From: Psilocybe cubensis
Taxonomy: Eukaryota
Direction of reading: 5' to 3'
DNA: 64,000 bases
NCBI GenBank assembly: GCA_017499595.2
Contig: CM038998.1
Span: 1,798,001 to 1,862,000 of the forward strand
The translations under genes were made by a program, and so were the position numbers. Positions 1 through 10,943 of the stretch are shown here, one piece after another (within the stretch, counting starts at the first letter, position 1; every line of letters begins with the position of its first letter). The notes under the pieces are model-generated. The model was not told where the DNA came from. It made no database searches and saw only the letters and a list, made by a program, of their open reading frames with translations.

Positions 1-1097
1 GGAGATTTTGATGAAATTGGATGTTGGAGTGTGTGGCAAGCCGTACAGGACCGTGAACAATCAGCTCGCGGAAGCGTTTTGACGAATATTCTGAAGCTCG
101 GTGAGAACTTCTATTAAAATCCCATGTAATCAATTAATAACGTAGGAATTCATCAGATATTTCGTACACAAAAGCCCCCACTTGGATTAAAGTGATTCCA
201 CGTTATGAACACGATCAACACAGTTCATTTGCGGCTTTGGCAACATTGGGATTCCCGGAAACGCGAATTGACAACGCAGGAGAGCCTGACGAGTCACCAC
301 AGCATCGCCTCAAATTACCACCAGACGATCAACTTCTTTGTTACGATTATTTATACTACGTCTGTGCCCACCAGGTGAGAGCTTGAATTGTTACGCTAGT
401 CGTAGGGGAACTGACGATCAGCCTTCAGCCCTACGAGTTTGACTTTGATTTCAGTCCGGCGTGGTTATTTGTTGGCCAGTACATGCATTGGACACCTAAG
501 TTAGAGGCACTTGCAGATCAATATTTGAGAAGAGCATTTGGAACCCAAGAAAACGAGACAACGCCTCCTGTGTGTATTGCGCCAATATTTCTTCAATGTT
601 CTTAGCGCTGAGACTATTGTAGTGGATCGCGATACACATTCGCCATGGAGATTTTGCTGCTTATTGTGGAGATCTTCCTCTCGACGACTGTTTTGCTCCG
701 TTGTCAGTCATCGCTCGACGCGTTGAAGAAGTGAAACAAGAAATTCTTGATAGAAAGGGTATTGCAGTCGAGCATGTCGTGATGACAAGCGACGAAAGGA
801 ATGCGACGTGGTGGGAAGGTGTCACAGCGCTGGGATGGTACGGACTTGATCACTCACAAACTGTGGAACTTTACGGAGATTGGTAAGCGATCATTATAAT
901 TGGGGTCAAATATCAATGTTAATTCAAGATATAGGTACCCTGTTCTGATTGACGCTGTCGTGCAGGCCGGTGGGCTTGGATTTGTTGGCACTGATCGTTC
1001 AACAATGTCTATACTGGCTCGTCGAAGAGTACAGTCCTGGAAAGGAGGAGCAGGAAGAATGGTTAAGTGGGGTTCTGTAGGAGCAGATGACCACTGA
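1..1097 (+). CDS. 3' part of a multi-exon O-fucosyltransferase-like (GT-B) protein, 5' end outside the window
   Basis: Spliced pieces read LLCYDYLYY..., WIAIHIRHGDF (622 on), VVMTSDE, YPVLIDAVVQ..GFVGTDRSTMS; the H-x-R-x-G-D and F-x-G-T-x-x-S-T-x-S motifs are typical of O-FucT-like GT-B enzymes; GT..AG introns near 375-429 and 882-934. Confidence 0.6.
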
Positions 1098-1227
1098 ACA
1101 TCAGATCTATGGGACTATCTTGCGTTGATATGAAAGGACACTGGACAGCTACTGATTCTTGACTGCTAACTCGCACTATCTTTTTATTGTTATTGTCATC
1201 TTTATTGGATATGAGTTGGGGGGTTAA

Positions 1228-2697
1228 TCAGGATTTCCATGAAAAATTACTCAACACGCTTTCTTCCCTGATATCATCTTCTATGGATCTGCGATGGATT
1301 TCATGGCCTCTTTTTTTCCGCTTTGACAAACGTTTGAATCCATGTCGTGAAAAGGCATCTATAACAGATAAGGCCGACGGGGTGACCACTATCAAAGCCA
1401 AAACCTGGCCAAATCCCCATTGAGTCGCGCCATCACTAGTACTTGGATTACGCCTCAAAAGCACTTCGCTGGAGACGACAAAATATGTGAAAATTATTAC
1501 CTGGCACATCATGATGCCAACCAACATAGGATCAAGATCATAAAACCAACGTCGTCGTTTGGGGCGACGGGTCACAGCTGAAGATAGCGGTGTTCGTAAA
1601 GCGGAAGATGCATGACGGGTTGGTGTCACTCCATCGGACGTGGCGTATGTCGCTTGCATATTCGGGTTCGTACTGGACGTTGACATCTTAGAGATATGCG
1701 CAGATAGTGAATGCGATTCCCGTTTTTCCATTCGCGGTTTACGTGCCGAACCGAGTTCAAATCGTTGGCGCCTCGACTGAATGTCGCGAATAGCCACACA
1801 GACATATATGAATGTCAATAAGGATGACATTGTAAGACCGATATAGCGACCAGCTCCTAAAGCCCGCACTTCAAACAAGAAGAGCACAAATTTGAGATAT
1901 GGAGAACATTCTGACTGATTTCCAAATGTCGGGGCCCTGATCCTAAACATCGGTTTGCATGAGTGTGAGCTTCAAGGACCAGACTACCAAGCCAGATATC
2001 ACACCATATGTATAAAGTGAGAATCATGGAGAATATGGTCTGCACCATAGCTCCATATTTGACTTTGAAATCAGAAACATGCGAACTACTTTCGTGAACA
2101 GGATCAGATGCTTCAGCTTTATGTCTCGAGTATGTTGCAAGGGCGAAAAATATCCCAAAGTTTGCAAGCCTTCAAGTAAGATTGTCAGTCTACACAAACA
2201 TCAATGAAAATTTTCAATGGATGATCACCATATCAAGTTGGAAAGTTGAAGTGCTTGAAAAAAGGACAATTGCTCTCTTTGGATGATTGCAGCGAGAGAT
2301 ATGCCAAAGCTTGTTGCAATAAATGTCCATAGAGTAATGGGGGCGTCTTCCCAAGACCTATCAACCAACAAAACTGGTATTTCCGATAACAGTTAGTCAT
2401 CCATAAAATAATCAAAGAGACGACCACAAATTTGGAGAAAAATCGATACGAAACAGCTTACCCAGTAGAAAGGCTTGTAGGTAGAAACTGATCCGCACGC
2501 CCTGGTAAAGATCCCGATTTAGTCATATATTGTAATGAAGTCTGACAATACAACAAACGACGCCTGCTATGTCTGGATTGGTATCCGCATACCCTATACA
2601 CTCGGTCAGCGACGAGGTCGACATCACCGTCGATGCAGTACAATGTTCGAGGGAAAGGAAGAATGGGTCTGCGGAAACATTGATCGACATGTACATA
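1228..2697 (-). CDS. Hypothetical multi-pass membrane protein, multi-exon
   Basis: N-terminal NPDIAG motif and C-terminal hydrophobic segments ending in QWGFGQVLAL (ORFs 2523-2897 and 1228-1950), a pattern common in Agaricomycete membrane proteins; start uncertain. Confidence 0.5.
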
Positions 2698-2902
2698 ATC
2701 CAGCTTTTGATCTCAGGGTCTCTACTCAGGGCTGTGCCTGTAGACAGATACAGGTGTACCAGCATGTTCATCTGGAAATTGTGACCATTTGAGCGAGGCC
2801 TTCGACAATCGAATAGTCCCAAGGGTCCGTGCAGCCACCATTCGATATGCAATAAATTTGGAACAATTTGAATCACGGAGGGAGGATGGGGTCGCAATTG
2901 CT

Positions 2903-4096
2903 TTATATTGTTGATTCCTCTGGTAACACGAGCTTCAGCTCAACAAGTTTTCGAAGCAACGAAATTGTTGGTGTTTCTACATCCAATTGTCGACCCAAAG
3001 ATTCCAAATAACCGTTGATATATTCGATTTCGGTCTCTCTCCCACGTCGAATATCTTGTAACATAGATGAAATGTTGCCTCGGGTAAGGGCTGCCACTTG
3101 CAATACGTCGTTCTTCAAAGATTCGCTAGATAAGGACTTTGATAGTGGAGGAATATCATGTTCCGTGAAGTTTATACCCTCTGCCTGCATTTGCTGACCA
3201 CTCTCCAACGTGTGTTGAGCCAAGAAAACTGACGATGCCTCATTGCATACTTGTTCAAGAAGATCAATAGCTGGTTTATGGGCAAAAAGATCACCATTCT
3301 TGCACCCCATTATTGATGTCAGAGGGTTAAGAACCGCATTCACAACCACCTTTCTCTTCATGGCTAGATCCAATTCAGAGAAAGGCCTCCATGAAACGTT
3401 CAGTGATTTAGTGAGAAGCAAGACAGCAACAGCTTCTCGTAAGGATTTGTATTGCTCAAAGTCCGGATCAGTAGGTCGAGTGATGTCGGAAAGCCGCAGC
3501 CTACGTTCTTCTTTGGGAAGTTCTGTATCCTGGAGGCCTGCTTCATAGTTTCTCCCTCGAGCTGGAGGGATACCAAACTCGATAGATCCTACACCAGCAT
3601 GAATAACATGATATGGATCAGTCATGAATGCGCCGTGGGTGTTTGAAGCCAAAATAAAATGCGGACGTTGGGCAGGATTGCGGAATACCTCATGCACCAA
3701 GCGTTCATAGATTCCCATTCCGTTTTGCATTAAGACAATGGTCGAACTGGGAGACAGTCTAGGTACAAGTGCCTGAATGGCACTGACTGTATGTTGAGCT
3801 TTGATCGCGACGAAAAGAGATTCTATCGGAGTGCGCAAAAGAGGGCTGAGATATTGGGAAGCAGCAGGATGAGGCGGTAGATTAGGGCTTTCCATGAAGT
3901 CTTCGTGAAGAAATTTATTTGTACGAGAGACAACACCCATCCGCTCCACTTCTAATGATCCCCTTTTCATGTATTCCAAGCGATGAGCATGGGTTTTGTG
4001 AATTAGGCTTATAATATGCGAGCGTGGAAGAATTTGGCGGATATGGTGGGCCAGAAGACAGCCCACTGGGCCCATACCGAGAATATGTATATGCAT
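2903..4096 (-). CDS. Ketopantoate (2-dehydropantoate) reductase family protein, PanE/ApbA-like
   Basis: Intronless 397 aa; HILGMGPVG Rossmann motif, LMQNGMG, KVVVNAVLNPLT, SSMLQDIRRGRETEIEYINGY. Confidence 0.9.
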   Translation of the reverse strand: MHIHILGMGPVGCLLAHHIRQILPRSHIISLIHKTHAHRLEYMKRGSLEVERMGVVSRTNKFLHEDFMESPNLPPHPAASQYLSPLLRTPIESLFVAIKAQHTVSAIQALVPRLSPSSTIVLMQNGMGIYERLVHEVFRNPAQRPHFILASNTHGAFMTDPYHVIHAGVGSIEFGIPPARGRNYEAGLQDTELPKEERRLRLSDITRPTDPDFEQYKSLREAVAVLLLTKSLNVSWRPFSELDLAMKRKVVVNAVLNPLTSIMGCKNGDLFAHKPAIDLLEQVCNEASSVFLAQHTLESGQQMQAEGINFTEHDIPPLSKSLSSESLKNDVLQVAALTRGNISSMLQDIRRGRETEIEYINGYLESLGRQLDVETPTISLLRKLVELKLVLPEESTI

Positions 4097-4694
4097 GTTT
4101 GGGTATGAATTATTTCTCGTACAACTAGAAAGAGAGCCTCTGAATTAGCCAAAAAAGAATCAAGTAATAAAATAAAAACCATACAGGTAAGATTGAAAGG
4201 GAGAAAGATAATGGTCTATGTGTAGATGGAACTAGAGGCTCCAGACTGTGCTGAGTAAGACAAGGTAGACGTGCATGGAGACGGTGAACGCAATAAAGGC
4301 GAATGGTAACTGGTGAAGTTTGAGGCCAGTGGAATGCAGTTGTGAATGTCCAATCAACGTCCACCTGTTCGGTTCCCAGGTTCCTCGTTAGTCACGTGAT
4401 AGTTTCGGGTAATCGGGCCGGGACACTATAATTTATACTGGAGTGCTTGTTTGGGGCTTTTTAGCTCATCTTCTTCAAGCAGGGATTTTGAGTCAGGCAT
4501 CAGAAGTGGGGAATCTAAATTCCACGTCAGCTCCAATGTCCATAAAATGTATTGACTGCGGTTAAATGATTCTCGATTGCTGTGCAGACTCCAGAGCCTG
4601 TGCCCGCAGTGGAGGCGGAGTTTGAAATGCATTATATCAAGCGCCTGGTTCTGGGCACTTCGTAGTTGGTACACCTGAGTCAAAGATCTTCACT

Positions 4695-6841
4695 ATGCCT
4701 CCCATCCCCTTCAAATTTCAAGGATCTGACGGCCATATCAGACGTCTCGCATTTGAAAACTTGCCCAGCTGGGACGAACTTGCATCCAAGCTCCATTCCC
4801 TCTATGCCATTCCAGTCGATAAAGTTGGTGTCTCGTATTTCGACGACGACAACGACGAGATAACCGCCAGTTCAAACGAAGAACTCCAGGATATCTATCG
4901 GACGACTTTCCAATCTAAGAAACAAATTAGGTTCAAGGTACTGGATATATCTATTGCTCGAGAATGCCCACACTCCGAATCACCTCCCCAAAATTCCACT
5001 CCGAACGGAAACACCTTGGCGAAGACCCTGATAACTTGGATTTTAATGACTGGCAGCGGTTTAATATCACGGACTATCTTGATGACGCACCTCATGCCTT
5101 TGTAGAGCTCATCAGTGGTTTGGATAAGGCTGGTGCGCATTCCGATTCCAACGACGAAAAGTCTACTGTGCAGCCTGTACTCGTTGATAAAGGCAAAGGA
5201 AAGGCGACTTCTACTGGAGCAATGTCAACAACCTCTGCACTGGAGGAAGAGTTTGCACAAAAATATCCCATCCATGTCGTCAATATTGCTCACCCACAAA
5301 GTGACTCAGGCGTCCATCACGAAGGTGAAACTGCATCCCATAAAACATCCTCGGTTCCATTTGATTCTCGTACTCCTGTGGAAAATAATGGCCCCCTTGA
5401 TGATCCGCCTTTACCAGCCATCGAATCGCAGTCCAATACATCTTCGACTCTTACAAATGATATCGCAACATTTCTTTCATCCCTTTCTAACGTTATATCA
5501 GCACATCCCGAGTTGTCTGAAGGACTTCGCAATATTGTACGCAACGCAACTAACGGCACATATTGGGAAGCACATAGAGCTGCCTTATCACGAGCTGCCA
5601 ATGATATGCAACAAGCTACTGGCCAAATCGAACAACAGGCTGCACAGAGGGTTTCTGAGGCCTTGGGCAATCTTTTTCGTTCATTCTCCCAGGTAACAGA
5701 CACCTTGAATCAGAACCAGAACGCTCAACAACCTACGCGTGCTCCAGAGAACCAGCAGCCTCTTCCATGGTATCAACATCCATTTCCGGTAGGTAGGCAC
5801 CCATGGGGCCGCAGATTCCCTGTTGGATTAGACCCCTCCCATTCTCCCCCGTGGCATAGTACGCCTTGGTCTGAAAGGGGACACCGTATCGTGCATGGGC
5901 ATCCACCGCCGCCACCACCTTTTAACCCATTCTCTGGCCCTCCAAAATTTTTCCCTCCACCCTCACCACCTCATTTCGGCCATCCTGAAATTCCTTCTTT
6001 TCCACAGGTATCTGTTCCCCGACCTCCCTCCGCTCCTCCTCCTGGTATTTCCTCTAAGGTTGCAGACCCAAACCCCGTGACAACAAATGAGTCTAGGGCG
6101 GAGGAGCGAGCTACTCCTTTCGCTTCGGTCTATGATCGACTTGAGCATAAACAACAAAAAAAAAATTCTGCAGATGCAGTGGACCACATATTTGTAACAG
6201 CAGATATTCCCGCTCCTGTGAGCTCTAATCAACTCCTTCAACCTCGTAAATCTGAACCGCCTTCGCCCAAGCCGACCTCTCAGGAGTTGAGAGCCCAAGT
6301 TGAAGCAGCCAAACGAAACTACAAAGAACAGAAGGAAAGGTATAGGCGTGAGCGCGAAGAACGCAGAAATCAGGCGGGGGGGAATAGACTCGATGAGGCA
6401 AATTTTTTCTCTACTAACGCTGTAGCTGGTGAAGGCTCCCATATTGTTAGCAAGGCATCAGGGTCATATCCTCAGCTGGAGTTGTACAGTGCTGGACCAC
6501 GTCCATACAATACTCATTTAGGACACGACTCGACCTCTAGAGGTAATTTGGTCTCTCGAGCAATGACACGTATCTCAAAAAGACTGTCAGATGTGAGCGT
6601 TATTTTTTTCCGTGGAAATATGAAACTACTCACCGAATTGCCATTATAGATGGGTTTCTCGGAGAATTCGTATTCCGATCTTCCTGATAAGATTAAGACT
6701 GAGATGCAGTCAAGGAAGGTAATTACAAAGGAGGAGGAAGATGACATCGTCACCAACTTATTGGAGGAACTCCTTTCTCTGCCTTCGAAGTCCTACCTCG
6801 CTTCTAGCTCTGTTGCCAAGGACAAAACTCATAACCTGTGA
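4695..6841 (+). CDS. PB1-domain, proline-rich protein (frame discontinuity near 4938-5056)
   Basis: N-terminal VSYFDDDNDEITASSNEELQD is a PB1/OPCA motif; long ORF 4964-6649; intron about 6593-6649 joins the last exon 6650-6841. Confidence 0.65.
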
Positions 6842-7358
6842 AGGGTGGGGTCTTTGAATTAAATCTGTAAGTACGGAGGAGTCGTACCGGCCTTTCGTTG
6901 TAATGATATTGTGAAATTCTTTGATGTATGACATGGCAGTGTAGATACGGTTATCCAAATGTAATAAACAGAACTACGGCTACTATGTAACAATGTAAGA
7001 ACTACCCGTGTTAAAGTAATGTTATCTCGTCATGTATCGCGTCATTATACATAATCGCGTTGCATAGTACCCCTTAAACCGGTGAATCATTGTCGTCGCG
7101 TTCCTCATTTGGACGACGCGACGCCTTTGTTATGTTAAGTGATGTGATGATGTGGGAAGGTCGGTGATCATTCTTGTCTAGAAAATGTGAGCCTCATGGC
7201 AATTTCCGAACGTTCCTTGACTCGTCGACTAGAATGTGCAATGTTTCCTGATAACGCACTCGGCACTTTTGACACACTACAATGTACCTCAAATGCGCAC
7301 AAGACTAGGTCTGATAAAAGAAGACCGGAGCAAGTTTCGGCCTCTTGAATCACACCTA

Positions 7359-7950
7359 AGATTGGGCTCATCAGGAACCAGCACCCCCTTAGGTAAGCAA
7401 AAGTTGGCTTACCTCCGAACCTTTTCAACCCTTCTGCACTCACACTATTCTACATTTTTGAACCACAGATATGTAGGTTATGCTTCTTTGAACACATCTG
7501 TGGTTTTTTTTTTCAAAAAAATTTTGATCTCAAGAAGTTATAAAGATTTTAATTTTTTTCCTTTTTTTTTAGTCTAACACGTCAGAAATGGTGTTTTCTC
7601 GAGTTTGGGAGATTTTCGAAAATTTGACAATGTTCTTTTGGCCGCTTATATAATGGTACACGTGACCACACGTGACAATAAGTCACGCCTAAGTAATACC
7701 TCTCAGACTCATTATGGACTTCCAGAGACTACAATTTGACCTCTGAGGTGTAATTCTATTATTGTGGGCATAAAGGCTAGTAGTAAGGATTGTATATGCA
7801 CATTTATGAATTTTTTTTTTTTAAACTTTTTGTCTGAAACCATTTTCCGTCAACATAACTTTTGATTTTTTTTTCGAGCTGGATTTTGGCCGCTCTTGGC
7901 GCCAAGCCCATTGATTACGTAAGGGTGCTGGTTTCTGATGAGCCCAATCT
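7359..7950. mobile_element. MITE copy 1 (592 bp), TIR AGATTGGGCTCATCAG(G/A)AACCAGCACCC, TA target-site duplication
   Basis: Terminal inverted repeats of ~28 bp with 1 mismatch, imperfect to ~42 bp; flanked by TA at 7357-7358 and 7951-7952; AT-rich interior with no transposase ORF; second copy at 37624. Confidence 0.95.
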
Positions 7951-8887
7951 TAGCTACACATCTGAGAACTGGCTTTTCGTTTTTCAAAGTCTATGTTTAT
8001 GCAAAAGTGCTCTTGCTTCGCGCTTCCCGATGGCCTGGCAGCGTCACTGGTGATAATTCTCGTCTAGAAGCCATGACACGCTGATTTAAAGGTCGTTTTT
8101 TCATGCTCGGACAATTATTCGCGTTGTGGTCATGATTGTCCACATCAGGACGTGATGATGGTCCGGAGACCTATGGATTCTTCCTTTGTTTCGCGCTCAT
8201 GCTTTTGCTCTTGTATTGGGTCACTTTCCCCATCCACTTAAAGGTTGACAGGAGCAAATGTGGGTAACCGCCTCGGATTGCCCCGACGCGTATGCATCGG
8301 AACGGATGGGACCTTTCATGGTCCATAATTGTCACCATGGAACGTTTGGCAGAGGCCAGAAGGATACAGCCTCGTTTATTCGACCCGACGTTTGTTTCTA
8401 CTCCGGTCAAAGGAGTCTTCGACGCTATTTAAATAGCGACGATGTCCCAAATGTGTCAATCCGCCCTCTTTTCCCCACATTTCACCTTCCGCCCCTCCTC
8501 CTCCCCATCCATACCTTCGAAAAGTCGTGCATCTGACACACCGCCTCTTTCCCTGCCAGGAAACCCATGATTATCGAACATCCATTGAATTTTTCAGTGA
8601 TTAAGAATATAATTGTACGTTTATACTTTGGTTTTTGTGGGCGTCAGTTTATATATGGTAAATGACACGCTTTGACTTCGGGCACAAGACCGTGACGAAC
8701 GTAATCGATAGCGAAGCCACCGCAACTGTTTTGCAGATTAGCTCCGCATTGTTCTATCTTTTCTTTTTGCCTCCCGCATTATACTACATTATTCTCATTG
8801 TCCTTAAGCATTGATATTTTTGCTTCTTTTCTTCGTATGCCTTTTCTCTACGCACAACTTACATACTCACTACCAAAATAGCTTCCC

Positions 8888-10798
8888 ATGGATGCCGCCG
8901 ACACTGATGACAGCTCCAATCATACGCGTTCTGTCGCGTCTTCCTCACCTTCATCTATCGTATCCGGGCATTCAAACGATCGCAGTTCATCCAACGACTC
9001 ACCAACTTCTCACATTCTCTCTACTCAGCTCGACTCTTCTTCAGTAGCTGTATCTAATGCAGTTGCATCTTCCTCCACAGAGTCATCTCAGGGACCAGTC
9101 AACAGTCAACGTTTGCGTTCTACACCCGCCGTTGGAGCTGGAAGGCAAATCGCGGAGAACATACTCACAGTACCTCCTGGTGTACATCCGTATCATCACT
9201 ACCGGGAAGTGGCCAATCAGTACGAAAAGGGGATTACAAAAGATTGGGTGCCTGAATATATGTCCCCGGAGGATGTGGAAACCTACCGGAATGCCACTTT
9301 TCGAAGATTGGAGAGAATTCATCAATTGGAGGCGGAACAGATACGCCACTCTCGCCCCATCACCAAGATTGAACAGGCATTGTTCATGGCGCGATTGGAC
9401 TACAGGATTCGATTTTATCGCATCTTCAGAATCAACGACCTTCCGACTGAAATTTTGACCAACATCTTTCACTTGGTCGCTTGGTCCGCACCCGATCCAC
9501 GAGCAGCTGTGGCAGCGAGATTATGGCTCACGTCAACGTGCCGTCATTGGAGAACGGTTGCCATCCAGGACTCTACGCTATGGAACGCGATCTGGTTCCG
9601 AAGGCCACCCGATTTTAGCCAGGCTTATACATGGTTGGAGCGAGCAGGAAATGCAGCAATAGATGTCCGTATAAACGACACCGTTGAACATCCTCTTACC
9701 CTCGAATCAACAACCGTCCTTATCAATCGGCTGTTCGAAAAACTATCCAATATTCGGGTCTTAATCATTGTCGTTCAGGATTGGGACCCAGCATTGACAA
9801 TAATCCACGCCCTTCGTCGCGTGGCACAAGAAGGTCTCCCAATGATCATGGAACGCTTCGAGCTTCATCGCGCAGGATCGGCATATGTGCAAATAGGAAC
9901 GGGCTACGAACCGAGCTTCTATACTGAAGCTATCCCTCTGTTTGGTGGTGCGGTGGTGCCTTCATTCCGATATTTGTCTCTAAATGGCGTACATGTTGAT
10001 TGGCAAAACTCGCATCTTACTAACCTCAGCGCTTTCGATATTCGACGAATGCCCCTAGAAAGGGTTCCTACGCTGGAGCGATTCAGAGCGATTTTGCAGG
10101 CCTCCCCAGATTTAAACAAAATGATCTTGGATGGTGCTGGCCCACAATGGCCGAGGGGGATGATAGATCCTTCTACGTTCCCCGTTATCCCTCTCCCTTT
10201 GCTCAAAATTCTGGTCGTAGGAGACTTTAGTGTGGTTTATGGAGCATACCTAATTACTCAGTTTGCTGCTCCTAATGTTTTGGACTTCACGCTTATGAAC
10301 TTGCTTGGGACAGATTACTCACCCTTTTTCAATGCCCTGACTTCGAAATTACCATCGATACGAACTCTAACGATCCATACGGCCGCGGTTTCCAATGATT
10401 CATCTGCGGTTTCGATCTTTAAGTGGTTACGCACAATCCCCAATCTAACCTATCTACGTGTCATCAATGTCCAGCAAACGTTTCTCGACCTGTTCTTATT
10501 CGATTCCCAGTTAAGCCGTCCTGCTATATCTGGAACTAAATCTCTCATTTGCGACAAGCTTGCCTACCTAGAGATCCATTCGGTAGATATCCAGATGGTC
10601 TCAACGTGGATTAGCAAACGAAAGGCGCTAGGCTCACCACTGCGCAAAGTTTACATCGGAACAGAGACAGTTTCTCCCCTCAAACCCGAAGAACTTGCAC
10701 CACTCAGGACAGCTATGCGGACTCCTCAAGGAAACGTCGCTGTACAAGTTTTGGCGCACATGCAAAAACCTTCAGAGGAGGAGGAGCTCCTGAGATAA
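8888..10798 (+). CDS. F-box protein (F-box plus LRR-like C-terminus)
   Basis: Intronless 636 aa; INDLPTEILTNIF...LTSTCRHWRTVAIQDSTLW F-box-like motif. Confidence 0.85.
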   Translation: MDAADTDDSSNHTRSVASSSPSSIVSGHSNDRSSSNDSPTSHILSTQLDSSSVAVSNAVASSSTESSQGPVNSQRLRSTPAVGAGRQIAENILTVPPGVHPYHHYREVANQYEKGITKDWVPEYMSPEDVETYRNATFRRLERIHQLEAEQIRHSRPITKIEQALFMARLDYRIRFYRIFRINDLPTEILTNIFHLVAWSAPDPRAAVAARLWLTSTCRHWRTVAIQDSTLWNAIWFRRPPDFSQAYTWLERAGNAAIDVRINDTVEHPLTLESTTVLINRLFEKLSNIRVLIIVVQDWDPALTIIHALRRVAQEGLPMIMERFELHRAGSAYVQIGTGYEPSFYTEAIPLFGGAVVPSFRYLSLNGVHVDWQNSHLTNLSAFDIRRMPLERVPTLERFRAILQASPDLNKMILDGAGPQWPRGMIDPSTFPVIPLPLLKILVVGDFSVVYGAYLITQFAAPNVLDFTLMNLLGTDYSPFFNALTSKLPSIRTLTIHTAAVSNDSSAVSIFKWLRTIPNLTYLRVINVQQTFLDLFLFDSQLSRPAISGTKSLICDKLAYLEIHSVDIQMVSTWISKRKALGSPLRKVYIGTETVSPLKPEELAPLRTAMRTPQGNVAVQVLAHMQKPSEEEELLR

Positions 10799-10943
10799 CA
10801 CCCGCTTTCGTGCACTTTAAAGGACATTTTTATAGTATGTATATACCGACTGATTTTAATAGACTGGATTGTCGTGGTTGTAGACCAAATAAACTGTGAC
10901 GACAGTAAATGTAGTTATATTCAACCTGGCGTACAAAATGAAT

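Noticed and set aside
7357-7952. PIF/Harbinger-type 3-bp TAA/TTA duplication
   Set aside because: Left TAA and right TTA are inverted rather than direct; a TA duplication restores the ABZ1 frame exactly.
7168-8053. ORFs overlapping the MITE copies (7236-7577, 7862-8053, 37579-37893, 38088-38303) as a transposase or genes
   Set aside because: Short, run through poly-T tracts and have no DDE or HTH motifs; 38154-38432 is only the real ABZ1 C-terminus with TIR sequence in front.
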